Below, one piece after another: positions 27,349 to 35,253 of a DNA stretch of 59,968 nucleotides (position 1 is its first letter; every line of letters begins with the position of its first letter). Source of the DNA: an uncultured Planctomycetales bacterium. GTDB taxonomy: Bacteria; Omnitrophota; Gorgyraeia; Zapsychrales; GWA2-47-8. The notes under the pieces were generated by a model. The model did not search any database, was not told where the DNA came from, and worked only from the letters and a program-made list of their open reading frames with translations. The stretch covers positions 4,376-64,343 of the forward strand of contig CAYING010000004.1 in assembly GCA_964364715.1 (NCBI GenBank). The letters are read 5' to 3'. The translations under genes and the position numbers were made by a program.

Positions 27349-30300
27349 ATGGTATCAAGGCAGAAAAAAAATTTTATCACCATCGGTTTAGGCGTGCTGC
27401 TGATCGCCGGCGCAGCCGCGGTGATCATGTCCAATGCGAGGGAAGACGGACTTTCGCCGAAGTGGGTGCAGCCGATCTTGGATAATCCGCTCATCCGTCT
27501 GACCGCGATCAAAAGTCCGGTTTATGCGCTGGAAGATCAAGCTGATTCAGAATTGAATTCAGACTCATCCGAAAAGGCAGGCAAGAGCGGTCTTCCTCAA
27601 GCGTCTTCCCGTCAAGGCCGCGTTGCCGATCCGCTCTCCGGCAGCAATTCTGCGCCCCCGCAAGCCGGAAAAAAGCAAAATAAGAACGGTAACGCGCCGG
27701 AAGACCAGGAAAAAGATTACGGGAATAAAAATTCGCAGGGAGCGTATGCGCGTGATTTGCCGGCGGGATTGGTGGACCAAGAATACTGCCGGTATCTTAA
27801 TCCGCAATGGGGAAGGGCGCCGTATCAATGGCAGCGTGCCGGAGGAAATTCTCCCACGGGAATTAATCTGGATACAGCCAGCGGTTATTTTTGCGGGACG
27901 CCGAGGGCGGCGGGCGTTTTTGCGTTCGATATTAAAATCAGCGATGGTTCCAGAAATTTTATCACGGTCCGTTACAATCTGGCCGTTGCCGCGTTCCTGC
28001 CGCCGGAAAGCTCGGGACCATTTAATATTACCACGGAGCGTATTCCGGGCGGTTTAGTGGGGGCCGATTACTTGATACAGTTTTCCACGACCGGCGGAGC
28101 GCTGCCGCATTCCTGGAATATTTCCTTTATCCCGCCGGGTTTAAATTTTGAATCTCGCTACGGGATGCTTTATGGAATTCCGCTGAGCGAAGGCCGGTAT
28201 TCTTTTAATGTGAGTGTGAGAGATGGGCACTCCATCCCGGCCGGTAAAGCTTTTGTTTTGCCGGTTCAAACGTCGCCTTTGTATGTCACGACCGGTTCGT
28301 TGGCGGCGGGAACCGTGGGCCGAAATTATTTTGAACAACTGCGCGCGCAGGGAGGAAGGCCGCCTTACAGCTGGCAGGTGATCGCGGGGATTATTCCGGC
28401 CGGATTGACCTTTAACAGCCTGGGAATTCTGACTGGAACGGCGTTGAATGCCGAGGCGCAGACGTTACGTTTTCAGGTGACTGATCGCGACGACAGTTCT
28501 GACAGTGTTGAATTAAGACTCAACGTTGTTAGCGGAGTTTTAAAGATTGATTCTGAGAATTTGACCGCGGGCGCCGTCGGTGTTCTCTATTATACGCAAT
28601 TATTGGCCAGCGGGGGTGTGCCGCCGTATCAATGGCAGATTTTAGCGGGTCAGCTGCCCGATGGATTGAATTTTCAAAATTCGGGAGTGATTTTAGGAAC
28701 ACCGGCGCAGTCGGGAGATTTTCCTTTGCAAGTGGAAGCGGCCGATCAAACCAACAGCCGCATACAAAAAAATTTAAATGTGCGGATCAATGCCTCGCCG
28801 TTACAAATCACCACTTTCAGCTTGCCCGACGCGCATGTGGCCATTGAGTATTTTCAGCAGCTGCAAGCCCAGGGGGGAAATCCTCCTTATCACTGGCAGC
28901 TTCAGTCGGGTCAATTACCCGTCGGGATATCGCTCAGCCCGGCCGGGGTCCTCTTTGGAACACCGCAGAATACGGCGGTGGAATCTTTTACCATGCTTGT
29001 TACAGACAGTCAGGAGCACTCGGATTCCGAGCCGTATACTTTGGTGGTCAATACCGAAACATTAACCGTATTAACCGATATTTTGCCCACGGCGCGTTTG
29101 ACGCAAAATTATCAACATCAGTTACAAGCTCAGGGCGGAGTCCCGCCTTATACCTGGATAATCACGTCGGGAAATCTCCCGCGGAACTTAATTTTTGTTC
29201 CGGATGGCACTCTGTCCGGAGCGCCGGAACAAACCGGGATTTTTCCTTTTAACGTCCAAGTGACCGATGCGCAAAATCATTTAGGAACAAAAATGCTGCA
29301 CCTGGATGTTATTGAACGAGATTTAACCATCACGACGACGGCGTTTCCGGATGCCACTGTGGGAGTTCCTTATAATTTGCAAGTCAACGCCGAGGGGGGA
29401 ATTTCTCCTTATGAATGGTCGATTGTCAGCGGCGGACTTCCCAACGGATTATTGCTGGACAGCAACAGCGGTATTATTTCGGGAACATCGGCGCAAGCGG
29501 GGAATTTTCCGATTTCATTGATGGTCACGGATACACTGAATAATGAATATCCGCGCGCGTTTACTTTGCGCGTGCTCGGCGCGCCGCTTTTGCTGACAAC
29601 GGTCGCTCTTTCCGGCGCGCAAGTCGCGGTCCCTTATCAAGATACTTTAACCGCGCAGGGCGGAACTCCGCCTTATATCTGGACGATTATTCCCGGAAAT
29701 CTTCCGATAGGATTAGGTTTAGATGCCAACCGCGGCATAATCAGCGGAACTCCGACGCTGGTGCAAACCGCGGCGTTTACCGTCCGGGTGGAAGATCAAG
29801 AGCAGAATCAGGATGTAAAACTTTTGAGCATCCGCGTTGATCCGCAGCCGTTGACTATTACCACTCAGAGTTTGCCCAATGGAGAAGTGGGGATTAATTA
29901 TAATTTTCTTTTAGCGGCCAGCGGAGGAAATCCGCCGTATGCCTGGCAGATCACGCAGGGACAACTTCCTGCGGGATTGCTTTTCGACGGCCAAACCGCT
30001 GCGATTTCCGGAACGCCCACGGCGGCCGTCACGAATCTGGCCTTGACGTTTAGGGCGACGGATGCGGCGAATAATTTTACGACGAGGAATCTGAATTTAA
30101 CCATTGATCCGGCGGGGCTGGGGCCGGTGACCGGATTCATCGCTCAAGCGTCAAATCAAAAGGCCGGTTTAGCCTGGGTCAATCCTTCCTCACCGCAATT
30201 TCATCACGCGCTGATTGTCCGTAACACGACGGGATTCCCGCAAACGCCGAATGACGGCACGGTTGTTTATTCCGGAACCGGAAATAATATGGTGGATGCC

Positions 30301-31122
30301 AATTTGGCGAATGACTCAACCGTTTATTACCGGGCCTTTGCCTATGATCAGGCGAATAATGTTGTTCCTCCCGGAACCAGCGGCCAGGGTTTGGCGGCAC
30401 CGCATGCGGTAACACTCAGCGGGCCGAATGATCCGTTTGCCGATGAGGTTATGAGTTTTACTCCTTTGAATCCCGGCAATTGTTTTGGGCTGGCTAATAT
30501 GCCGAATGTCGTGTTGGGCCCGCCGCGCGGCGCCGGGGAGTACGCGGGGTCGCTGGATGTTGTTTCTTTTCATGCCAAGGTCAACAACGATAGCGGAGCC
30601 GCGGCCCCGTACGGGGGGAGTGTTGTTTTAAAATTTAACAACAATATTGTCGTCAATGGCCCGGGGGTGGATTTTACAATTTTTGAGAACGCGCTTCATG
30701 CCTTCAGTACAACGAATTATTTTATCGAACCGGCGGTCGTGGATGTCAGTTATGACGGGGTGAATTTTTACCGTTTCCCGTTTGATTTTGTTCCGCACTA
30801 TACTCCGCAAAATCAATTGGATCTGCAGAATCCTTTTGCCTATCCCACCGGCTTTGCCGGGGTTAAACCGGTTTTAAGCAATAATTTGGTCCCTGACCCG
30901 ACGGACCCGGCGGTGTCGGGCGGTGACTCATTTGACTTGAATAATATTTCGCCCAATTTAACCTGGATCCAATATGTCCGGATTACCTCGACGGGAGATA
31001 ATTGGCTGCAGGATATGAACGGCGATTTTGTCCGGCACACGCATGGAAGTCCGACGTGGGGAGCAAGCGGGACGGGGAATTCGGGATTTGATTTAGATGC
31101 CGTTGCGGCGGTGAACTATTAA
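27349..31122 (+). CDS. Large surface protein: N-terminal membrane anchor, 9 putative-Ig (He_PIG-like) repeats, FN3-like domain and C-terminal BtuH-like domain; candidate cobalamin-capture protein
   Basis: Hydrophobic IGLGVLLIAGAAAVIM, nine ~88-aa repeats (GGxPPYxW..GxLPxGL...GTP), VTGFIAQ..LAWVNP..YYRAFAYD, and a C-terminal domain DPFADEV..DFTIFEN..EPA..GGDSFDL..GFDLDAV. First gene after the B12 riboswitch. Confidence 0.75.
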   Translation: MVSRQKKNFITIGLGVLLIAGAAAVIMSNAREDGLSPKWVQPILDNPLIRLTAIKSPVYALEDQADSELNSDSSEKAGKSGLPQASSRQGRVADPLSGSNSAPPQAGKKQNKNGNAPEDQEKDYGNKNSQGAYARDLPAGLVDQEYCRYLNPQWGRAPYQWQRAGGNSPTGINLDTASGYFCGTPRAAGVFAFDIKISDGSRNFITVRYNLAVAAFLPPESSGPFNITTERIPGGLVGADYLIQFSTTGGALPHSWNISFIPPGLNFESRYGMLYGIPLSEGRYSFNVSVRDGHSIPAGKAFVLPVQTSPLYVTTGSLAAGTVGRNYFEQLRAQGGRPPYSWQVIAGIIPAGLTFNSLGILTGTALNAEAQTLRFQVTDRDDSSDSVELRLNVVSGVLKIDSENLTAGAVGVLYYTQLLASGGVPPYQWQILAGQLPDGLNFQNSGVILGTPAQSGDFPLQVEAADQTNSRIQKNLNVRINASPLQITTFSLPDAHVAIEYFQQLQAQGGNPPYHWQLQSGQLPVGISLSPAGVLFGTPQNTAVESFTMLVTDSQEHSDSEPYTLVVNTETLTVLTDILPTARLTQNYQHQLQAQGGVPPYTWIITSGNLPRNLIFVPDGTLSGAPEQTGIFPFNVQVTDAQNHLGTKMLHLDVIERDLTITTTAFPDATVGVPYNLQVNAEGGISPYEWSIVSGGLPNGLLLDSNSGIISGTSAQAGNFPISLMVTDTLNNEYPRAFTLRVLGAPLLLTTVALSGAQVAVPYQDTLTAQGGTPPYIWTIIPGNLPIGLGLDANRGIISGTPTLVQTAAFTVRVEDQEQNQDVKLLSIRVDPQPLTITTQSLPNGEVGINYNFLLAASGGNPPYAWQITQGQLPAGLLFDGQTAAISGTPTAAVTNLALTFRATDAANNFTTRNLNLTIDPAGLGPVTGFIAQASNQKAGLAWVNPSSPQFHHALIVRNTTGFPQTPNDGTVVYSGTGNNMVDANLANDSTVYYRAFAYDQANNVVPPGTSGQGLAAPHAVTLSGPNDPFADEVMSFTPLNPGNCFGLANMPNVVLGPPRGAGEYAGSLDVVSFHAKVNNDSGAAAPYGGSVVLKFNNNIVVNGPGVDFTIFENALHAFSTTNYFIEPAVVDVSYDGVNFYRFPFDFVPHYTPQNQLDLQNPFAYPTGFAGVKPVLSNNLVPDPTDPAVSGGDSFDLNNISPNLTWIQYVRITSTGDNWLQDMNGDFVRHTHGSPTWGASGTGNSGFDLDAVAAVNY

Positions 31123-31135
31123 GGAAGGAAGAATT

Positions 31136-32068
31136 ATGAGTCAGAAAAAAAGAAATTATTTATTTTTTGAAATAATCTTTTTTGCCGTGTTGATGGTGAG
31201 TGCCGGCAACGCTCAAGAAAATGCGCAATTGTGGGTTACTAAAGATTTTTCACAAGAGACTCTCGTGAATAAAACCGTCAGCGTTAACGACGATTCGGTG
31301 ATGAGCATTTTGAACAATAACGCCCGGCTGGATACGGCCTTCGGCGGCGGTTTTGTCACCGGCATTAATGGGATTTTGTCGGATAGCGTTAACGGCGAAC
31401 AGAAAGATTGGTTTTATTATGTGAATGGTTTGTTGGCCAACGTCGGAGCTCTGCAATATTTTCCCAAGGCGGGAGACAACGTGTGGTGGGATTATCATCG
31501 TTGGAATGATGCCGTCTATGTCGCAGCGGTGATTGGCGCTTACCCGCAGCCGTTTTTAAGTGGAATCTCGGGAAAGGTTGAGCCGACGATCATTATTGTT
31601 TCCCCCCGGCTCATCGATACCGCCCGGGCGTTACAGCAAAGTTTAAAGGATCAAAACATCGCCGTGGTGGATGTCGCTGAATACACACCCCAAGCGGTGC
31701 AGGATAATCAATCTTATCGAATTCTCATCGGCGCATGGGCGGATTTAGAAAATGATCCGCAGATTAAAGATATCGTGAAAAATTCCCATAAGTCCGGATT
31801 CTTTATTCGATTCGACGGCGATGGGCTGCATCCGCTGGATATGTCGGGGAATCCTGCGCAGGCGTTTAAAAATGCGGCGGCGATTCTGGCCATCGGCGGC
31901 GGGTTTGCTCAAATCCCTCCTCGGTGGATCGTCACCGGCACCAGCGACGAGGAAGTGAAGAAGGCAGTGGACTTATTGATTTCGCACAGTGAACGTATTC
32001 AGTTTTATTCCGGCGCTGTTGTCGCCGGCAATGAGGTTGTGAATGTCCCGGTTATCGGTAAAAAATAA
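31136..32068 (+). CDS. Secreted DUF4430 (transcobalamin C-terminal-like) domain protein, probable cobalamin binder
   Basis: Sec-type signal peptide (..VSAGNA|Q) and GGGFVTGINGI..DWFYYVNG..VGA..Y..GDNVWWDY. Directly upstream of ecfT. Confidence 0.8.
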   Translation: MSQKKRNYLFFEIIFFAVLMVSAGNAQENAQLWVTKDFSQETLVNKTVSVNDDSVMSILNNNARLDTAFGGGFVTGINGILSDSVNGEQKDWFYYVNGLLANVGALQYFPKAGDNVWWDYHRWNDAVYVAAVIGAYPQPFLSGISGKVEPTIIIVSPRLIDTARALQQSLKDQNIAVVDVAEYTPQAVQDNQSYRILIGAWADLENDPQIKDIVKNSHKSGFFIRFDGDGLHPLDMSGNPAQAFKNAAAILAIGGGFAQIPPRWIVTGTSDEEVKKAVDLLISHSERIQFYSGAVVAGNEVVNVPVIGKK

Positions 32069-32963
32069 TAGTTTTTTGGAAAACATGCACACCGGCGTGT
32101 TGATTTTTTATTTTGTCACGCTGCTGGCGCTGTCGATGATTTATACCAATCTTCTCTATCTTTTTTTCCTTTTTGGGATGGTCGCCTTGGGCATTTGTTC
32201 CTGCGGTAAGGTCAAGGAATGGAGGCGCACGCTCCGCTTTGGTTTGGTCATGATCCTTTTTATTATTCTGATCAACATTCTGGTTTCGCGCGCCGGGCAG
32301 ACGATTCTTTGGGAGGGGCCAAAACTGCCGGTTTTTGGAAAATTATCCATTTCGCAAGAGGCGATAATCTTTGGTTTTACCATGGCGTTTAAATTGAGCC
32401 TTATCCTCAGCATTTTTTGCTGGTATGAAGCAGTCCTGCCGATTGATAAAACATTTTCTTTTTTTTCACGATGGGCCTCTAAATCAACCCTGGTGATGAT
32501 TCTCACCGCCATGTTAATCCCGCAGCTTAAGCGGCGTTTACACGACGCGGCCTGGGCCATGCAGGCGCGCGGGTATGAATTGCAGCCGGGCCGTTTAGGG
32601 AAAACGATTCGGCAAAGTTCGCCTATCCTGAAAATTATTCTGCTTTCGGCGCTGGAAGATTCGTGGCAGATTGCCGAGGCGCTTGAAGCCCGCGCTTTTG
32701 GCGCCGGGGCAAGAACATATTATTGCCGCACTATTTGGCGGCGGCGCGATACCTTGACGCTGTTTGTCCTGGGATTAATTTGGGCAAGTTTTTCAATGGG
32801 CCTTTTACAGCACAAAGGGTTTTGGGATTTTTATCCACAAACAGAATTTGTCTTTGACGCGGCAGATAGGAAACTAATTTCCGGGATATGTGCAGGTTTT
32901 TCAGTGATACCGTTTTTAAATGAATTGGGGAAACGATGGAATTATTTAAAATTCATCATCTGA
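32043..32963 (+). CDS. ecfT: ECF transporter transmembrane T component (CbrV-like)
   Basis: Multiple TM helices and two conserved Ala-Arg-Gly-type motifs (AMQARG, ALEARAFG). Confidence 0.9.
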   Translation: MSRLSVKNNSFLENMHTGVLIFYFVTLLALSMIYTNLLYLFFLFGMVALGICSCGKVKEWRRTLRFGLVMILFIILINILVSRAGQTILWEGPKLPVFGKLSISQEAIIFGFTMAFKLSLILSIFCWYEAVLPIDKTFSFFSRWASKSTLVMILTAMLIPQLKRRLHDAAWAMQARGYELQPGRLGKTIRQSSPILKIILLSALEDSWQIAEALEARAFGAGARTYYCRTIWRRRDTLTLFVLGLIWASFSMGLLQHKGFWDFYPQTEFVFDAADRKLISGICAGFSVIPFLNELGKRWNYLKFII

Positions 32964-34576
32964 CGTATTCTTATCCCGGGCAGAAGCAGGAAGCGTTAAA
33001 AGATATTTCCCTCACTATTCGGGAAGGGGAGTTTATTCTTTTAACCGGGCCGTCGGGAGGAGGGAAAACGACCCTCGCGCGTTTTTTGGGTGGTTTTATT
33101 CCTGAATTTTACGGCGGTTCGATTAAGGGGGAAGTTCATTTTCGGAATGAATCTATGTTTGAGCGTGATCATCGTAAAATTCGCCAAAGCATCGGCATGG
33201 TTTTTCAAGATCCGGAAAAGCAAATTATTATGAGCGAGGTGGAGCGGGACTTGGCGTTGGGTTTGGAAAATTTAGGCATTGAAAATTCTTTAATGAACCG
33301 CCGCGTTATCGAAACACTTCATTATCTTGGATTGATGCATTTGCGCAATCGTATGACTTCGGAATTATCATCGGGCGAAAAGCAAAAAGTGGCGATTGGT
33401 TCTATTTTGGCGATGCTGCCGCATATTTTGATTCTCGATGAGCCGACGTCGCAATTGGACCCGCTGGCCGCGAAAGAAATTTTCGAGATTTTACGCCGTT
33501 TAAACCGTGAACATGGGTTTACGATTATTCTCATCGAGCAGCGGTTGGAAGAATGTCTGGCCCTGGCCGGCCGGGTGATTATGCTCAGCGACGGCCGTAT
33601 CGTGGCTGATGAAAATCCGAAAGAATTTGCCGCTAAAGTTTTTGCCGAATACGAAGAATTGCTGCCGGTGATTCCGCGGTTGTTTTGTCGGCTCAAGGAA
33701 AAAGAGATTCCGCTAACGGTGGCTGAGGCCCGGCCGCAAATTCTTAAGGGAAGTTGGAAAGAAAATATTGCTCAACGGCAAAAAGAAAATAGCGTCAGCT
33801 CCTCGCCGCTTATTGAGATAAAAAATTTGAGTTTTTCTTATCAGCAAGACAATGTTCCGATCATTGAAAATTTAAATTGTTCTTTTGAGGAAGGCAGATT
33901 GGTTGCGATCCTCGGAGAAAATGGGGCCGGGAAAAGTACATTACTCAAACTTTTAGCCGGCCTGTTGCAGCCTTCGTACGGCAAGATTTTATTTGCGGGA
34001 AAAGATGTTTCCCTCCTTAGTATTAAAGAACGGGCCCAAAGAATTGCTTATCTGTCACAAAATCCCAGCGACTATTTATTTAATGAAACGGTGGAAGATG
34101 AGTTGTTGTTCACCATGAAAAATTTGGACATGAATTTCGATGAAAATACGATAACGCAAATGTTAAGCGAACTTAGCATCGGTCATCATCGCCGTCATTA
34201 TCCTCGAGACTTGAGCGCCGGAGAAAGGCAGCGGGCGGCGCTGGCCTCCATTTTAGTGGCGCAGCCGCGGGTCTTGATATTAGATGAACCCACGCGCGGC
34301 CTTGACGGTTCTCTCAAGCGAAAATTAGGTGAGTTGTTTAAACAGCTTCAGCAGCAAAAGAAAACCGCTATACTTTTGGTCACGCAGGATGTGGAATTTA
34401 CGGCCAATTATGCGGATCAAATTATTTTATTTTCTCAGGGAAAAATTGTAGACCAGGGGCAGCCAGAGCAGATACTGGACGGAAATCTTTTTTATTCTAC
34501 TGCGATCAATCGAATGTTCCGCGGCGTTGTCAATAACGTCATTAATTTAAAACACGCTGAGGCCTTGTTAAGATGA
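32936..34576 (+). CDS. ecfA: ECF transporter fused A-A' ATPase (CbrU-like)
   Basis: Two ABC domains: GPSGGGKT/VFQDPEKQ/LSSGEKQ/LDEPTSQLDP and GENGAGKS/QNP/LSAGERQ/LDEPTRGLD. Confidence 0.92.
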   Translation: MELFKIHHLTYSYPGQKQEALKDISLTIREGEFILLTGPSGGGKTTLARFLGGFIPEFYGGSIKGEVHFRNESMFERDHRKIRQSIGMVFQDPEKQIIMSEVERDLALGLENLGIENSLMNRRVIETLHYLGLMHLRNRMTSELSSGEKQKVAIGSILAMLPHILILDEPTSQLDPLAAKEIFEILRRLNREHGFTIILIEQRLEECLALAGRVIMLSDGRIVADENPKEFAAKVFAEYEELLPVIPRLFCRLKEKEIPLTVAEARPQILKGSWKENIAQRQKENSVSSSPLIEIKNLSFSYQQDNVPIIENLNCSFEEGRLVAILGENGAGKSTLLKLLAGLLQPSYGKILFAGKDVSLLSIKERAQRIAYLSQNPSDYLFNETVEDELLFTMKNLDMNFDENTITQMLSELSIGHHRRHYPRDLSAGERQRAALASILVAQPRVLILDEPTRGLDGSLKRKLGELFKQLQQQKKTAILLVTQDVEFTANYADQIILFSQGKIVDQGQPEQILDGNLFYSTAINRMFRGVVNNVINLKHAEALLR

Positions 34577-35253
34577 TGGTCGATAAAGGGTTATTATTTT
34601 TTGCGGGAGCAGCAATCTTTATGGGAGGGTATTTGCTATTTTTTGAGCGCAAAGCGGTTTCGAGTAAAGAGATTGTCTTGATTTCTGTTTTAGCCGCGAT
34701 GGCTGCGTTAGGGCGAGTCCCTTTTGCGGTTATTCCCGGCGCTCAACCCACAACTTTTATGATCATCATCAGCGGTTATATTTTTGGCCCTATGGTTGGT
34801 TTTATCGTCGGTATTGCAGCCCCGCTGGTTTCGAATATTTTCTTGGGGCAAGGGCCGTGGACGATTGTGCAGATGTTTACCTGGGGACTGTGCGGTATTT
34901 CGGCAGGATTCTTAGGGAAAATTTATCCCCATGCCCCGCGGTGGTTATTGATCGTTTTTGGTTTTTTCTGGGGATATCTTTTTGGCTGGATTATGAATGT
35001 CTGGTACTGGCTGTCGTTTATTTACCCGTTGAATTTCAAGACGTGGATTTATACTTATGCGGCTTCGTTTTGGTTTGACACGGTTCATGCGGTTACCAAT
35101 TTTATTTTCTTTTATTTCTTGGGAAGCGATTTTATCGTTATTCTGCGGCGGTTTAAACAAAAGTTAAGTTATTCGCATCAAAAAGTTTTTTTTAAATCAC
35201 CAGCCCCGCCTTTGGCGGAGCGGAGAGGAGTTGAAGATGAAATGTTTTATTAA
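34573..35253 (+). CDS. cbrT: ECF transporter S component, CbrT-like (cobalamin)
   Basis: FFERK..KEIVLISVLAAMAALGRVPFA.IPGAQP, VSNIFLGQGPWT..QM..WG and FD..HAVTN. In an operon under a B12 riboswitch. Confidence 0.8.
   Translation: MMVDKGLLFFAGAAIFMGGYLLFFERKAVSSKEIVLISVLAAMAALGRVPFAVIPGAQPTTFMIIISGYIFGPMVGFIVGIAAPLVSNIFLGQGPWTIVQMFTWGLCGISAGFLGKIYPHAPRWLLIVFGFFWGYLFGWIMNVWYWLSFIYPLNFKTWIYTYAASFWFDTVHAVTNFIFFYFLGSDFIVILRRFKQKLSYSHQKVFFKSPAPPLAERRGVEDEMFY

Noticed and set aside
27745-30110. Ig-repeat region as a DNA tandem repeat or DGR target
   Set aside because: The repeats are visible only at protein level and are highly diverged in DNA. No reverse transcriptase or template/variable repeat pair was seen.
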